From Coniocarpon cinnabarinum (Eukaryota), in contig JAVECO010000012.1 of assembly GCA_051942205.1 (NCBI GenBank), positions 186,001 through 219,679 on the forward strand: a DNA stretch of 33,679 bases. The letters run 5' to 3'. The translations under genes and the position numbers were made by a program. This document shows, piece after piece, positions 1 through 10,943 of the stretch (position 1 is the stretch's first letter; every line of letters starts with the position of its first letter). The notes beneath the pieces are model-generated. The model was not told the origin of the DNA. It did not search any database and saw nothing but the letters and a program-made list of their open reading frames with translations.

Positions 1-1995
1 CGCACGAACTTCATGCGGCCAACCTGAGCAAGCAGAGTCGTAGTCTTAGGGATCACTTCGTCATCTCCAGCCATCATCCCGATCCGGTAATATCGACTGG
101 TAAGCTCAACGTTCTTGCTGTCTAGAAGGCCATAAGCCAAGCCCATCTCATGCGCATCAGCTGGTTTCAGAGGTCTGTCGAAGAGTTGTACAGCCTCCAA
201 AAATACCACCAGCTGGCCTGAATTCCAACCTTGAATGTCTGAGTGATGTGGCTTGAACTTGGTTGACGACGACGGAGTGAGAGTGCGCCACTTTTCAGCC
301 AGTGCGTAACATACTTTGGCCTTGGAATCATCGAAATGAGGCTTGATGGGGAATCCCGGGTTGTAGAACCATGCGTCCCAGTCGACTTTGGACAGCTTTT
401 CAGAGGCCCCGCTACCACCGGCAAAGAAGTCTAACAACGTGGTCTTGAAGTCGTAAGAGTCCAGAGACTTAAACTTCCACGTGGCAAAGTAATGTGGAAT
501 GAAGCGATCCCACTGTTGCTGACCAAGCAGAGTTTCCAGGAACATCAGGAATGCAAAGCCTTTTTCGTATGGTATGGACGAGAAAGCATCATCTGGGTCC
601 TTGCCTTTCAGGTCTGGAATGAGCTTAGTGTATTCGTTATCCTCACCAAATTCATGGATGCTGTCAGTAAGAGCTTTCCACCCGATGATGGCCGAGAAGC
701 CTCGAGCTGCTTCCCCTCCATTCACGGCCGCCTGTATCCTGCGCTCGATATAAGTTGTCCAGCCTTCGTTGAGCCAGAAATGCTCCCATGAAGCTGTGCT
801 GACGAGGTTGCCACTCCAGCTATGGGCTAGCTCGTGTGCGATGGTGTCAATGTTTTGTTTGTCACCGGAGAAAGTCGTCGGTGTCAGGTAAGTGTAGATT
901 GGGTTTTCCATGCCGCCATATGGAAAGCTTGGAGGTAATACAAGTGCATTGTAAGTTCCCCATGCATAGGGGTAGATCAGCTGCTCGACAGTCTGCAGAT
1001 ACTTTTCCACGTCTCCTTCCATTTCCCATTTGAAGTCATCCAGCTCAGGCGGACCCGTCCAGATGCTGCTTCGTGGGCCGACTGACGCGCTTACTATGTC
1101 GCCGCTCGCTACTGCGAACAGATAGCTTGGAATAGGCACCTGCTGCTCAAATGTATAGATTTTATCGCCAGACGAGTCCGTAGATGGAGCAGTGTCCTGT
1201 GGTAAACCGCTGGCCAGTGTCTGAAGCGGTGACTGGATCTTGAAGGAGAATGTTGATTTGACGTCAGGCGTATCTTGACATGGGAAGACAGATCGAGCGT
1301 GTATTGCCTTATAAAATCAGCGTCGGTCTTCGTGAACACAGCATGAAGATACAAGTCCGACACGTCTCGTGCGAGAAAGGACCCAGTAATAACATAAGCC
1401 TTACCTGACATTGCGACTACAATGAGGCCTGTCAGCTCGCTGCCATCATGTCAAGAAGGCTATACAGGCACGTACAAATATGTATGGATGTTTCTTATTC
1501 GATGTCTGGGCAGGAGACAGCCATTGCAAAGCCGTGCACTTCTCTGTGGTTGACGTTGAAATCTGCACCGGTTTCATCAATCTCTTACCTTGCGCGTCGA
1601 CGGACATCAATCAAGTCTTACATCTACCTCAATTTCTTGACCTTTCTTGGTCCCACTTGATAGTCTGATGGACAGTGGGCTTCCATATGGCTCAACACGA
1701 GACGCTACGTGCCAAGAAGGCTTGGTTCCGTCCACCGTAACCTCTTGTACGTCGAGGTAACTACCACGGTCAATCAGGGGGACAGCACGATGCATGGCTA
1801 GTATTACCTCGTGTCTAGAACGATTTCATTGGTCTCGGCTTCCGTGATTGATAGCAGCCTCAATTTCACCTTGCCAACGAGTGCTTTCCGAGTAAAATCA
1901 ATACGAAAATCAACGGCTGTATGCTGTGTTCTCCAGTTGTTATAGTTAGAGAGTGTGTTTGGGTCTCGTGGAGTATTAATGGAAATATCCGGCAT
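1..1995 (-). CDS. LAP2: Leukotriene A4 hydrolase homolog / M1 zinc aminopeptidase (3' end outside window)
   Basis: Spliced translation: MPDISINTPRDPNTLSNYNNW...[41 protein letters not shown]...PYGGMENP...HELAHSWSGNLVS...FWLNEGWT...VGRMKFVR, with the M1 motifs GXMEN and HEXXH-x18-E. GT-AG introns at 1761-1807, 1563-1621, 1417-1475 and 1308-1404. Upstream in-frame ATGs (e.g. 2004, 2010, 2031) make the start uncertain. Confidence 0.95.
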
Positions 1996-2644
1996 AGGTC
2001 GCATAAGCATAGCTTTCGGCGACCGGTGCATCTTAGTAGTATGAGTGGCGTTAGTATTACTATACCGACCAAATATCTTAGACCAAAGGATATACGGGAT
2101 CTTAAAAACGCTGTTCTGTCTAGCGAGTCTCGTACGCGTGCGACAACTAAAGATGATGCTTTGAAAGCGCCAAGCACAGCACTTCATTACAAGTATCAAT
2201 CAGGTGACGATCTTGCCTGAGCTTGTCGTCCCTCCTGACGATGCGTAGGGTTTTTGGCAGGGTAAGAAAAAGCCGAGGCTGTGGCTTCACCTTACCTCGC
2301 CATTGTTGATCGCGACTAGAAAGACGGATAGAATCGCTAATCGTCGCCCGCAAAATATTAGATGACAGGCCCGCGGGGCATTTTTGATTAGGAAAACAAG
2401 TGAGGAGATGGAGGAGGAGGAGGGCGGGCGCAGAGTCATTTACAACGTTTGTCTTTTTTCTTCATCGTAATCCTCAACGTACTTGGTACATACACCACGA
2501 TTTTCGACAACGGTCTTTGGCGCGAATGCCGCTGCTTATCGCAGCCAAACACTCCAACATCTCATGTCTGCTCCGACGATCCAAACGCCCTGATATACCT
2601 TGTTGCGTCGTATCATACAGTCATTGCACATTACCTCGCAGAAC

Positions 2645-4709
2645 TCAATATGCATCACCGTTCGTCACACGCAGAACCAGCTTCTCATTTTCCTGCCGCG
2701 CGCTGCTCAAGTGCTGATCTTCCGTATATCCGGATTCGTTACTGAGCGGGTAAAACTGCCCGTCAGCTTCGTTCTTGTAATCAATGATGAAATTGTCAGG
2801 ACGCGAATTGGGCCAGCGATCTCTAATCTTTTCCACGAGCTTGGCATAGTCAAAATCCTCATCCAGGCGCAGCACAACTACGTCGTTGCCGTCAAAGTAT
2901 GCTTTCACTTTCACTTGAGGCTTCGACGCTGAGCTTGCGCTGGCTATTTGTGCCAAGGAGCCGCTGCCGCCGCTGCTCATGCTGTACATGGGGTGTCCAT
3001 TCGCACCAGACGGACCCCGTTGATGCGATGGGCCTTGTTTCGGAGGAAGATAACCAGCGGTGGGACTCTGGCCTTGGTACGGGTTCTGCAGACTTTTTGA
3101 AGGACTGGTGTAGCTCGTCCCAGGGTAGCTGAGGTTGCCGGTGCTAGATTGTCGCGAATCGTGGTGAGTGTAGCTGTGTTGGGAGCTGCCGCGTGACATT
3201 CGCGCTATCTCGGCGTCTTCTGGAACACCCTCGATTTCTGTGTCGTTTTCGCGGGGAGCAAAAAACTGTTTCACAACGGGATGGCTGATGATGTGAGAAG
3301 GAAGTGCGAGCAGAGAGGTCAAGTATCGGTCCATATGATCTCGTCTTTCGCTTGTGAGGCGCTCTGTGACCCACGGCAATGGTCCAGGCATAAAAGGTAG
3401 CGTGCGCCGGTAGCCTTCGACTTTGCCGGCTTCCTGTGGAAATGCATCCATTAATGCGGTCTGCAAAGCGTAGAAGTCCGTATATTCCCGATTCAGCTCC
3501 CAGCTCTTTCCGTTGTCCATGAACGCCTCCACGATGAACCAGAACTTCATCTCATGGTGGCAGTACCGAGGTACGCGAGCGCGCATCGGGGATGCAAGAG
3601 ATGAATAGCTTTGAGATGACTGCCGCGATGTATCGTAGCCATTGCTACCGTATGGCTGGTATGAGGACTGGCCGTTCATCTGGCTAGCCATTTGACCATT
3701 CATTTGACTGTCCACACTGACGCGTTGCGAGTTCTCAGTTGAGCTTCCGATCTTGCCCAGGGGAATGCTGCTGTTTTTGTAGCTCGCCGCCATACGCTTC
3801 CACTCTTCAACTTTTGGCACACCTGCCTTTCGCACAGCTTCGTGAGGGTCAGCAACAGCAGTGCCAGTGCTCATATCGCGGATCTCGATGAAGGAAACCG
3901 GAATCAAGCCCGGTCCGCCTAACCGCGTGATTGGCTTCGCAACGAACCATTCCGGGTTCGACTGCGCAATGACAATGATCGCTTCTCCAGCTTTTGCCTC
4001 CAGCTCATCTGGACGCTCGGCGTGAAAGTCGTACTGCACCACTCCGTACACCATGGCACCTGATGTTCTTCCGCCTTTCGACATACGCTCCACCACGACG
4101 CCGTTCATGCCAGTCATGCCGGTCATGCTGTTGTGCCCATTGGTAGCTGGATGTTGGTTTTGCACTGACTGTCGGCTTGCGGCTACACTCCTGTCGACCA
4201 AGGTCATGCCACCAAGTGACTGTGTTGCGCTCGACACGGCCGAGTCGGCGCCTCCGCTGCCTCTTGCGCGTTTTCCCACCAATTCGAAGTAGTTGACGGG
4301 CACTAAGCCACGAGTACCAACCACGGGATTGCACGCCTCATACCAATCCGAGTCGTCTTCGCGTCCGACCACGTGGAGAAAGTCGCCTGTGTTGAAATTG
4401 AGGTAGTTGGGATCGCCGTCGCTGCTTTGATAGTCATACAGCGCTTTTATGACCTAAGACTGTGGTCAGTCATCATCCCAATAAGAAGCCCTCCTATCTA
4501 CAGTATTCACGCACCTTCTTGGGCGGAGCAATGGCATAGTCGTGTTTAACAGGTATAGAAGTATGCCCAGGCCGAAAATCCGAAGTACGATCACCACTCT
4601 TGGTCGACCGTCGAAACTGGGGACGGAAATTAGCTTTTTCTTCACAAGCGCCAAGCAGCATTGACACGACATGGGCTGGGGGCTGCCAGGCTCCACCTAC
4701 ATGCTTCAT
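2645..4709 (-). CDS. BEM1: Polarity scaffold Bem1/Scd2 (SH3-SH3-PX-PB1)
   Basis: Exons 4701-4709 (MKH), 4515-4616 (...YAIAPPKK) and 2645-4453. Exon 3 carries SH3 (VIKALYDY...), a second SH3 (YGVVQYDFHAERPDELEAKAGE...WFVAKPITRLGGPGLIPVSFIE), PX (WELNREYTDFYALQ...LPFMPGP) and PB1 (VKVKAYF...). Introns at 4617-4700 and 4454-4514. Confidence 0.95.
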
Positions 4710-5957
4710 AATGGCGCTTCACAGGCATGCGCCAGGCACCGAGCAGAGGCCAGGCGCGATGGATGGAGATGCAGTCGACGACAGTGGGCTGAGGGTCCGT
4801 GCGGTTGCTGACAGTCGTGGCTGGCCTGAAGAACAAAGCGGGCGCGTGAGCCGAAGAGATGAAGACGCGACAAAGAGCAGCGGCGGCGCAGCGCAGCACG
4901 GGATGGTCGTCGACAGGCGGAGTCTGGGCTTCAGTATCGAGAGTGACGGAGATGCGGATGCTTGGGCTTGTCAATGGAGGAGAGACGCTGCGAAGAAGCC
5001 AGCTTGGAGCATGGGAGGCAGTGTCAGATGAAAATGAGTAGAGCAGGTAGTATGGAGTTTTGCGGGGGGACGAATTGCCGGGTTTGGGTTGAGGGAGATC
5101 AGCGATTGCGCAGCAGCCAACGTGGCGCACGCCCCCCAAAACAAATTTCCATTCACCGCCCGACTTCTTCACTGTCACGTGCATATGTGCTCCCTCTGAA
5201 TGCCCAAACTACCTAAAGTACCTACCCTACCTCCGCTACATCTCTCAACACCACCTGTCAAACACATTGCGTTGCCCCTGGCGGATGCAGATCGACGCAC
5301 GACCTCGCCTTGCTCTGCTCGCCTCACAGCGCTCCGTGCGATATGTTCGGAGATGGTGCCAATACCCCAACGCGGAGGGCACAGCCGCCATGCATCGCGC
5401 TGTCTACCATCACTGCCGTCCGCTTCGGACGATCTCCAGCAGACGCTCCAGCTCCGCATGTGCTGAAGCCTTCGTCGTGCAGCAAGTACGTAGCGCATGT
5501 GCTAGGTACCCAATCGTGCCAATTCATGCAGCGCCCATTGTCTTTCACTGCCCCGCCTGCCCCCGTTCAAGCCAATGCAAGCCATGCATGTGCGTGACAT
5601 GTGCTCCAGGCAGATCACTGCGTCGCTAGGGAGTTGGGAGAGAATCACAGCAACAGCAACTGTTTTCCCCGAAATGCTCAGAGCAAATCTCATCCATGAC
5701 TCGACGAGATGAATTTTGGATTGGCCAGATGGTCTTCTAATAATCCTCCACATGAGTGCCTTGGCGCCCCCAACATTCGGTTGGGTCGTTGTGCCGCATG
5801 GCATTATGGACCCTTCGCCGTCACGTGCCCTGTCAGATCTGGCCCCAGAATAAAAACTATCTACATTTTCCAAAGAGGGCTGACGGCACCCAACGATCAC
5901 AGGCCGGTCCATCCTGCTCAATGGACGTGGAATCCTATGATCCGGCCGCCTGGGTGA

Positions 5958-7504
5958 CTACAATTGTCCCTTGATGTCGACCGTCCGAAATGCTGCGCCC
6001 TTGGCCTTCTCGAAGATCTGACCAGCCTTGGCAACCAGGAATCGGATGCCACTCTCTTTCTGTTCAAAGAGCTGCTCCCCGCCATGTTCACAGATGAACT
6101 GCGCACAGGCTTGCTCGTCTTTGAACGCCAACTCTTCCGTCACGTACTGTAACGATAGGTCGGGCTTAAATCTGCACCATTCAGTCAGATCTGTAGACCA
6201 CGTGATGCTCATAACTGGAATACTCACCCTCGACAAAGACTGGCCAACGCTGCGAGCCGCTCTCGATCGACAAACATGTCCATCAGGTAACCGCCCATGT
6301 TGGGTGGGTCGGCGTAAAGCTTGAAGAATCTGTGATAGTTATTCAACGCAAGCGCCGACCGCGCTTGCAGTGCATGCTCAACGGCCGGCTGCTCGCGGTC
6401 AGACGGCGTCACATCGGCCAGCACTCGATTCATGTCGGTGGGATTGCAAGTGTAAATGAAATAGAGGATACGATATGCAAGAAACTCTGCAGGGTGGCCC
6501 CCAAGACTCTGCTTATACAAGGCCCGCAGCTGCGTCTGGCATTGATTGTACTCACCAATATCACCCATCTCTAACGCGATTCGCGCATGTGTTTCGTAGA
6601 CTTTGACAAGGAAGTCATTTTTGATGTGCTGCACTGTTAGATCCTGACGAAGAGACTTGAATTGATCGCAGATGTAATTATAGTCATGGTCGCCTCGCCA
6701 CTTCTCGCGAAGTAAATCAAATGTTCGGCGAAGCACGGGCAAAGGACGGACAGTCTCTGGTTTGGGCGGAGCAGTCAAGCGAAGATAACGCTTCTCGAGT
6801 TTTTCGCTGGTGCCGACGATGGGTCCAGTGGCAATGTCCAGAGGTGGTGTCGGCTCTCGTCGAGCGGGAGCATCCTTCTGAAATCGCTGCCGTCTCTTCT
6901 CAAGATATTCCGTCGACTTACTTGATTCATTGAGGGAGCCAGTGTCTTCTCGGAATTTACGTTGGCGCTTCTCCTGCTTCTTGGATGGCTCCGAATCCGG
7001 AAATGTCAGACGATTTTCCAATGCAGAAGATTTGTCAGAGGAGCGCCAAGGAGGAAGAGAGGACTCATCCTCCACGTCGGACGACTTGCGCTTTTTGGGA
7101 GAGTTAGTGAGTTCGTTTGATTTACTTATGCGAATATCGGCAAAGTTTTGTGGAGGTTGCGAAGCCAAAGGGGCGGGGGCATTAGCACCCATGCGCTCCT
7201 GTAGAATGAAATGTTGTGGAAGAGGATACGTTTCCCAATCTAGTGTGTAGAGAGTATGATTTTTTACGGATGCATTGATCAAATCCTTCATTTTGTTGAT
7301 CACCTCATCCTTCGGTAGGCCTTCCACATAATTCTCATCAGCGAAGCTACGCTGCACGTATAGTTTCACAGCAGGGGGCCAATCTATCCCCGGTTTCGGA
7401 TCAGAAGACTGCTGTTGGGATGGTGGCGGCGTTGATGCATTTGAGGCTGCAACGCCACCAAGTCTCGTCCGACTCGAAACTGTTGTGAACGCAGATGCCG
7501 CCAT
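5958..7504 (-). CDS. THP3: SAC3/GANP/THP3-domain protein (Thp3/LENG8-like)
   Basis: Family motifs IVGTSEKLEKRYLRLTAPPKPETVRP, YICDQFKSLRQDLTVQHI and YETHARIALEMGDIGEYNQCQTQL, ending VDIKGQL. One intron at 6172-6227. First in-frame ATG at 7504. Confidence 0.88.
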
Positions 7505-7941
7505 CGTGGCCGGTCGCCTTGGACAACGAAGAGAAGTAGGGAAATGCTGGCACCAAAAAGGTTCAGCAAAGTGAGGAAGGGTCGACAGACAAGACGCTCG
7601 ACGTGGCGTCGGTAGGACTTGTGAGAGGAATGGAATGGAGAACGTGTACACCGCAATGCTAAGCACTAGTCATTCCCAGTTATGTGACGGCGAAGTTGAT
7701 GATTTGGAAAGACCATGATGGTTACGGATGTAAGGAAAACAGGGAGGCACGCAGGGTATGTTAAAGCGTCAGAGCGGCAGCTGAGCATTCTGACTAAGCC
7801 TCACTTCCTGCCTTTTACGCACAAGCGAGTATTACTAGATTAGACCACTAGGAAGGACATGGAAAATAGATCAGCTGAAGCACCATCGGCCAAGTCTCAG
7901 CAAGCTCATCCTTTTGACGATGAAATCCCGGTCATATCTTT

Positions 7942-9810
7942 ATGCTACGCGCTTTGGATTTGACGACTGCTTTGCGGCCTTTGCTTCATCATGATGAAAC
8001 ACTTTTATTTGTTCAAGATGCTGTTGGCTTGTATGGAGGCAAGGCCAAACTTGCAGACTATCAGAATGGACAGGTTTACTTGACGTCCCATCGTGTCTGC
8101 TATGTGGACAATGAGCAGCCTCGAGATAGAGCCGTAGCCATCGAGCTGAAAGATGTCGAGCGTTGCGAGATTTTTGCGCGGTTCCTTAAGTCTTCGCCCA
8201 AGGTTGCTCTTATTCCCAAGGCGGCAAAGTTTGGTCCTGTTGGCATTGATTCTACTGCAAATTCTGCTGCAAGGGAGGGTCATTCAAATAGCTCGAGCTT
8301 GCAGAATGCTTCACGTCCCAGTCGACCAGAATTAAAGGACGCTACATGGGTTTGCCCAATCTGTTCGTTCTCCAATCCTGTGCCTCCAAACTTTGACCCA
8401 TCTACGGCCAATGCAAATACACCATTACCTGCATGCCTCGCCTGTGGCATCAAGCCGCCGCTGGCGCATCTGAATAAAGCAGTCATCAACAATCTTGGTG
8501 GCCAGCAGCGCGCCGTGCAGGGTCTGCGTCTGGACGATATCACTCCTCCTCAGGCAATTTCATCCAACGCGAGCTACGCCGAAGATGGAGTCCGCTGTCC
8601 GCGATGCACATTTCAGAACCATGCATCCATGACTGCTTGTGAGATCTGCGGCACCTCTCTGATCATTGCCACTAAACCAGTGCATGAGCGTCTCTCTATA
8701 TCTGGATCGCCCAGCCGCTCTTCATCTCCAGCCATCACTCAGGGTCCTGGCATACCATCTCTAGATCAAACGGAGGAGGTCAAGTTGTCTTTTCGTGCCG
8801 GCGGCGAAAAGAACTTCCACGAACGTCTAAAGGGCGCCCTGACGCAGCGGAAATGGCTCGTCCAAAGTGCACCGCCGGTGCCCAAGTCAGAAAATGAAAC
8901 CAGCAGCGAGTCTTCGCAACCGCCGCAGCGTTCCAAGTTGGGCATTGCTGGCCTGGAAAATCGAGGCGTCGAGCAGCGCAAGACAAACGAACTCGTCATA
9001 GGAAACGCCTTCGAAGATCTTGCCGCACTCATGGCTTCTGCCAAAGAAATCATTGCGCTCGCCGAATCGCTTTCGTCACAAAGCCAGAATCAATCGATGG
9101 ACGGCAACTCCTCGTCGTCATCGACTCAGTCAGGAAATGCGGACCCCACCCTCCTACTTTCACAGCTGAATCTTACCACCACTCGAGACATGCTCTCAAC
9201 CTCCAAATCATCTTCAACCTCACTTTACTTTAAAGAGCTATGCCGGTCCATTGCCGAATTCTTGACCGATGATCGACGCTCAATCCTCAAAAACGCCGGC
9301 GGCGTCATGTCCCTTGTAGATCTGTGGGCTGTGTTCAATCGCGCGCGCGGCGGTGTCGAGCTCGTTTCCCCAGCAGACTTCGCCACGGCGGCTGATCTCT
9401 TCGACAAACTATCTCTACCCGTGCGCTTGCGGAAATTCAAATCTGGTTTACTGGTCGTGCAGGAGCGAAACCGCACAGATGACAAGACAATCGCGTCATT
9501 GCTCTCATGGCTCAACCTGCTCAAGGTCAATCCATTAGACGAAAACGTAATGCATGAGTGGCGCATTTGGGGCTGCGGCGTTACAGCACAAGAGACAGCA
9601 GAGCGCTTCGGCTGGAGCATCGGCGTCGCGTCCGAGGAACTGGAAATGGCTGAAGAGCGCGGTGTACTGTGCCGAGAAAGCGGCATCGAAGGGGTGCGCT
9701 TTTGGGAGAACCACATGGGGCAAAGTGAGGTCATTGATTTTAAGAAACGACGGGAAGACGAGGGTAAGAAGGTGGTGGTGGAGAATCTTAGGGCGGCGGG
9801 GTTGATGTGA
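7942..9810 (+). CDS. VPS36: ESCRT-II subunit Vps36 (GLUE domain, NZF zinc fingers, winged-helix region)
   Basis: 622-aa uninterrupted ORF with LFVQDAVGLY...YLTSHRVCYVD, WVCPICSFSN...CLACG, CPRCTFQNH...CEICG, KLSFRAGG, AFEDLAALMASAKEII and FNRARGGVELVSP. Confidence 0.93.
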   Translation: MLRALDLTTALRPLLHHDETLLFVQDAVGLYGGKAKLADYQNGQVYLTSHRVCYVDNEQPRDRAVAIELKDVERCEIFARFLKSSPKVALIPKAAKFGPVGIDSTANSAAREGHSNSSSLQNASRPSRPELKDATWVCPICSFSNPVPPNFDPSTANANTPLPACLACGIKPPLAHLNKAVINNLGGQQRAVQGLRLDDITPPQAISSNASYAEDGVRCPRCTFQNHASMTACEICGTSLIIATKPVHERLSISGSPSRSSSPAITQGPGIPSLDQTEEVKLSFRAGGEKNFHERLKGALTQRKWLVQSAPPVPKSENETSSESSQPPQRSKLGIAGLENRGVEQRKTNELVIGNAFEDLAALMASAKEIIALAESLSSQSQNQSMDGNSSSSSTQSGNADPTLLLSQLNLTTTRDMLSTSKSSSTSLYFKELCRSIAEFLTDDRRSILKNAGGVMSLVDLWAVFNRARGGVELVSPADFATAADLFDKLSLPVRLRKFKSGLLVVQERNRTDDKTIASLLSWLNLLKVNPLDENVMHEWRIWGCGVTAQETAERFGWSIGVASEELEMAEERGVLCRESGIEGVRFWENHMGQSEVIDFKKRREDEGKKVVVENLRAAGLM

Positions 9811-10259
9811 GCGTAGGGTCAGCAGTTGAAGTCATCGAGGTGCGAATATACGTAAGCGAGCGGTTGGAGTGTATTCATTACGGTGTTGGTTGATCATAGA
9901 CGCCGAAGTAGATGTTGTTGCAATGAAACTTGCTACCTAGCGTTAGGTGGGGTTGATTACAGTCATGAAGCAGAAGTCACCGAGGGCATTGATGCATCAC
10001 TCCGAGCCACAAGAGAGTCGATCTATTTCAGAAGGCGGTGGGCCAACAGGTAGCGGTGTTGATGTAAACACAAGCGCCACAGTAGAAACGACGAAGACGA
10101 TGATCTACGTCAGCGACTATTCAACGAAATGCAATTCGACGTCAATAAATTGGGACGCTAACACAAACGATGGTGCACTGCAGCGATGGCAGAGTTGTGA
10201 TGACCGCCGGCATGGGGCAAGAGTTAATAAGGGCACGAATGATTTACCGAAGGCGAGGG

Positions 10260-10311
10260 GGTTATTGGGGATCTTAACGTGGCGAGGTTACTGGAGATCT
10301 AAACGTGGCGA
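10260..10311. repeat. Tandem duplication, 2 x 26 nt
   Basis: ggttattggggatcttaacgtggcga followed directly by ggttactggagatctaaacgtggcga (3 mismatches). Confidence 0.8.
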
Positions 10312-10435
10312 GTTTGCTATGAGCATAGGGTCTGCGATAGATAGCACGTTGATATGGTTAGGTCACCATAATCCACCACTCAAATGCATGTCTTGCGATG
10401 TTGCACCTCAGCATTTCTGATCTCCTTTTTTCCTG

Positions 10436-10480
10436 AAAGTAGTCGACGCAAAAGTAGTCAACGCAGAAGTGGTCGACGCC
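10436..10480. repeat. Tandem repeat, 3 x 15 nt
   Basis: aaagtagtcgacgca / aaagtagtcaacgca / gaagtggtcgacgcc. Confidence 0.8.
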
Positions 10481-10815
10481 AAAGCGAAGTTACGGCGAGA
10501 CGGCTGTAAGGATACGAAGGGTATATCCAAACACAGCTGAGAAAGAAAAGTAGCACGGTGAACTACACCCTCAGCACTTGATATTGAAATTTTGTGTGCC
10601 AAAGACACGAACGTCGTGAAGGAAGGAAACAAATGAAGCAAAGGAGTAAAGGAAGGAGAGAATGATCTTAAGGAAATTCATTAGTGTTCATTCCGTTACA
10701 GACCAGCTGATCGTATGAGTCTATAGGCCGTATGCCTGATGATCTTGACCGTGGTCAATGATTTGGACCTCTCACTGTAGTCAACATAACGATGATGACG
10801 TCCCCAGTAGAGTCC

Positions 10816-10908
10816 GATAATCGACGTCTCCCAGACGTTCACTCCTCATAATCACCCTCCCCCAGACATTCCACCCTGATAATCGACGTCTCCCAGACGT
10901 CCACTCCC
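10816..10908. repeat. Tandem repeat, 3 x 31 nt (middle copy degenerate)
   Basis: gataatcgacgtctcccagacgt(t/c)cactcc at 10816 and 10878, with the diverged copy cataatcaccctcccccagacattccaccct between them. Confidence 0.8.
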
Positions 10909-10943
10909 GATGATGACATTTTATCAGTGCCCCTCCGAGTCCC

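Noticed and set aside
4720..5957. Many overlapping 60-180 aa ORFs between BEM1 and THP3
   Set aside because: No motifs or consistent frame; most likely the BEM1 5' UTR/promoter. No tRNA or snRNA pattern recognised.
9947..10420. 157-aa + strand ORF, and a possible small spliced minus-strand ORF in the same interval
   Set aside because: No recognisable motif. The + ORF crosses a 26-nt tandem duplication, and the minus-strand intron would have its branch point implausibly close to the acceptor.
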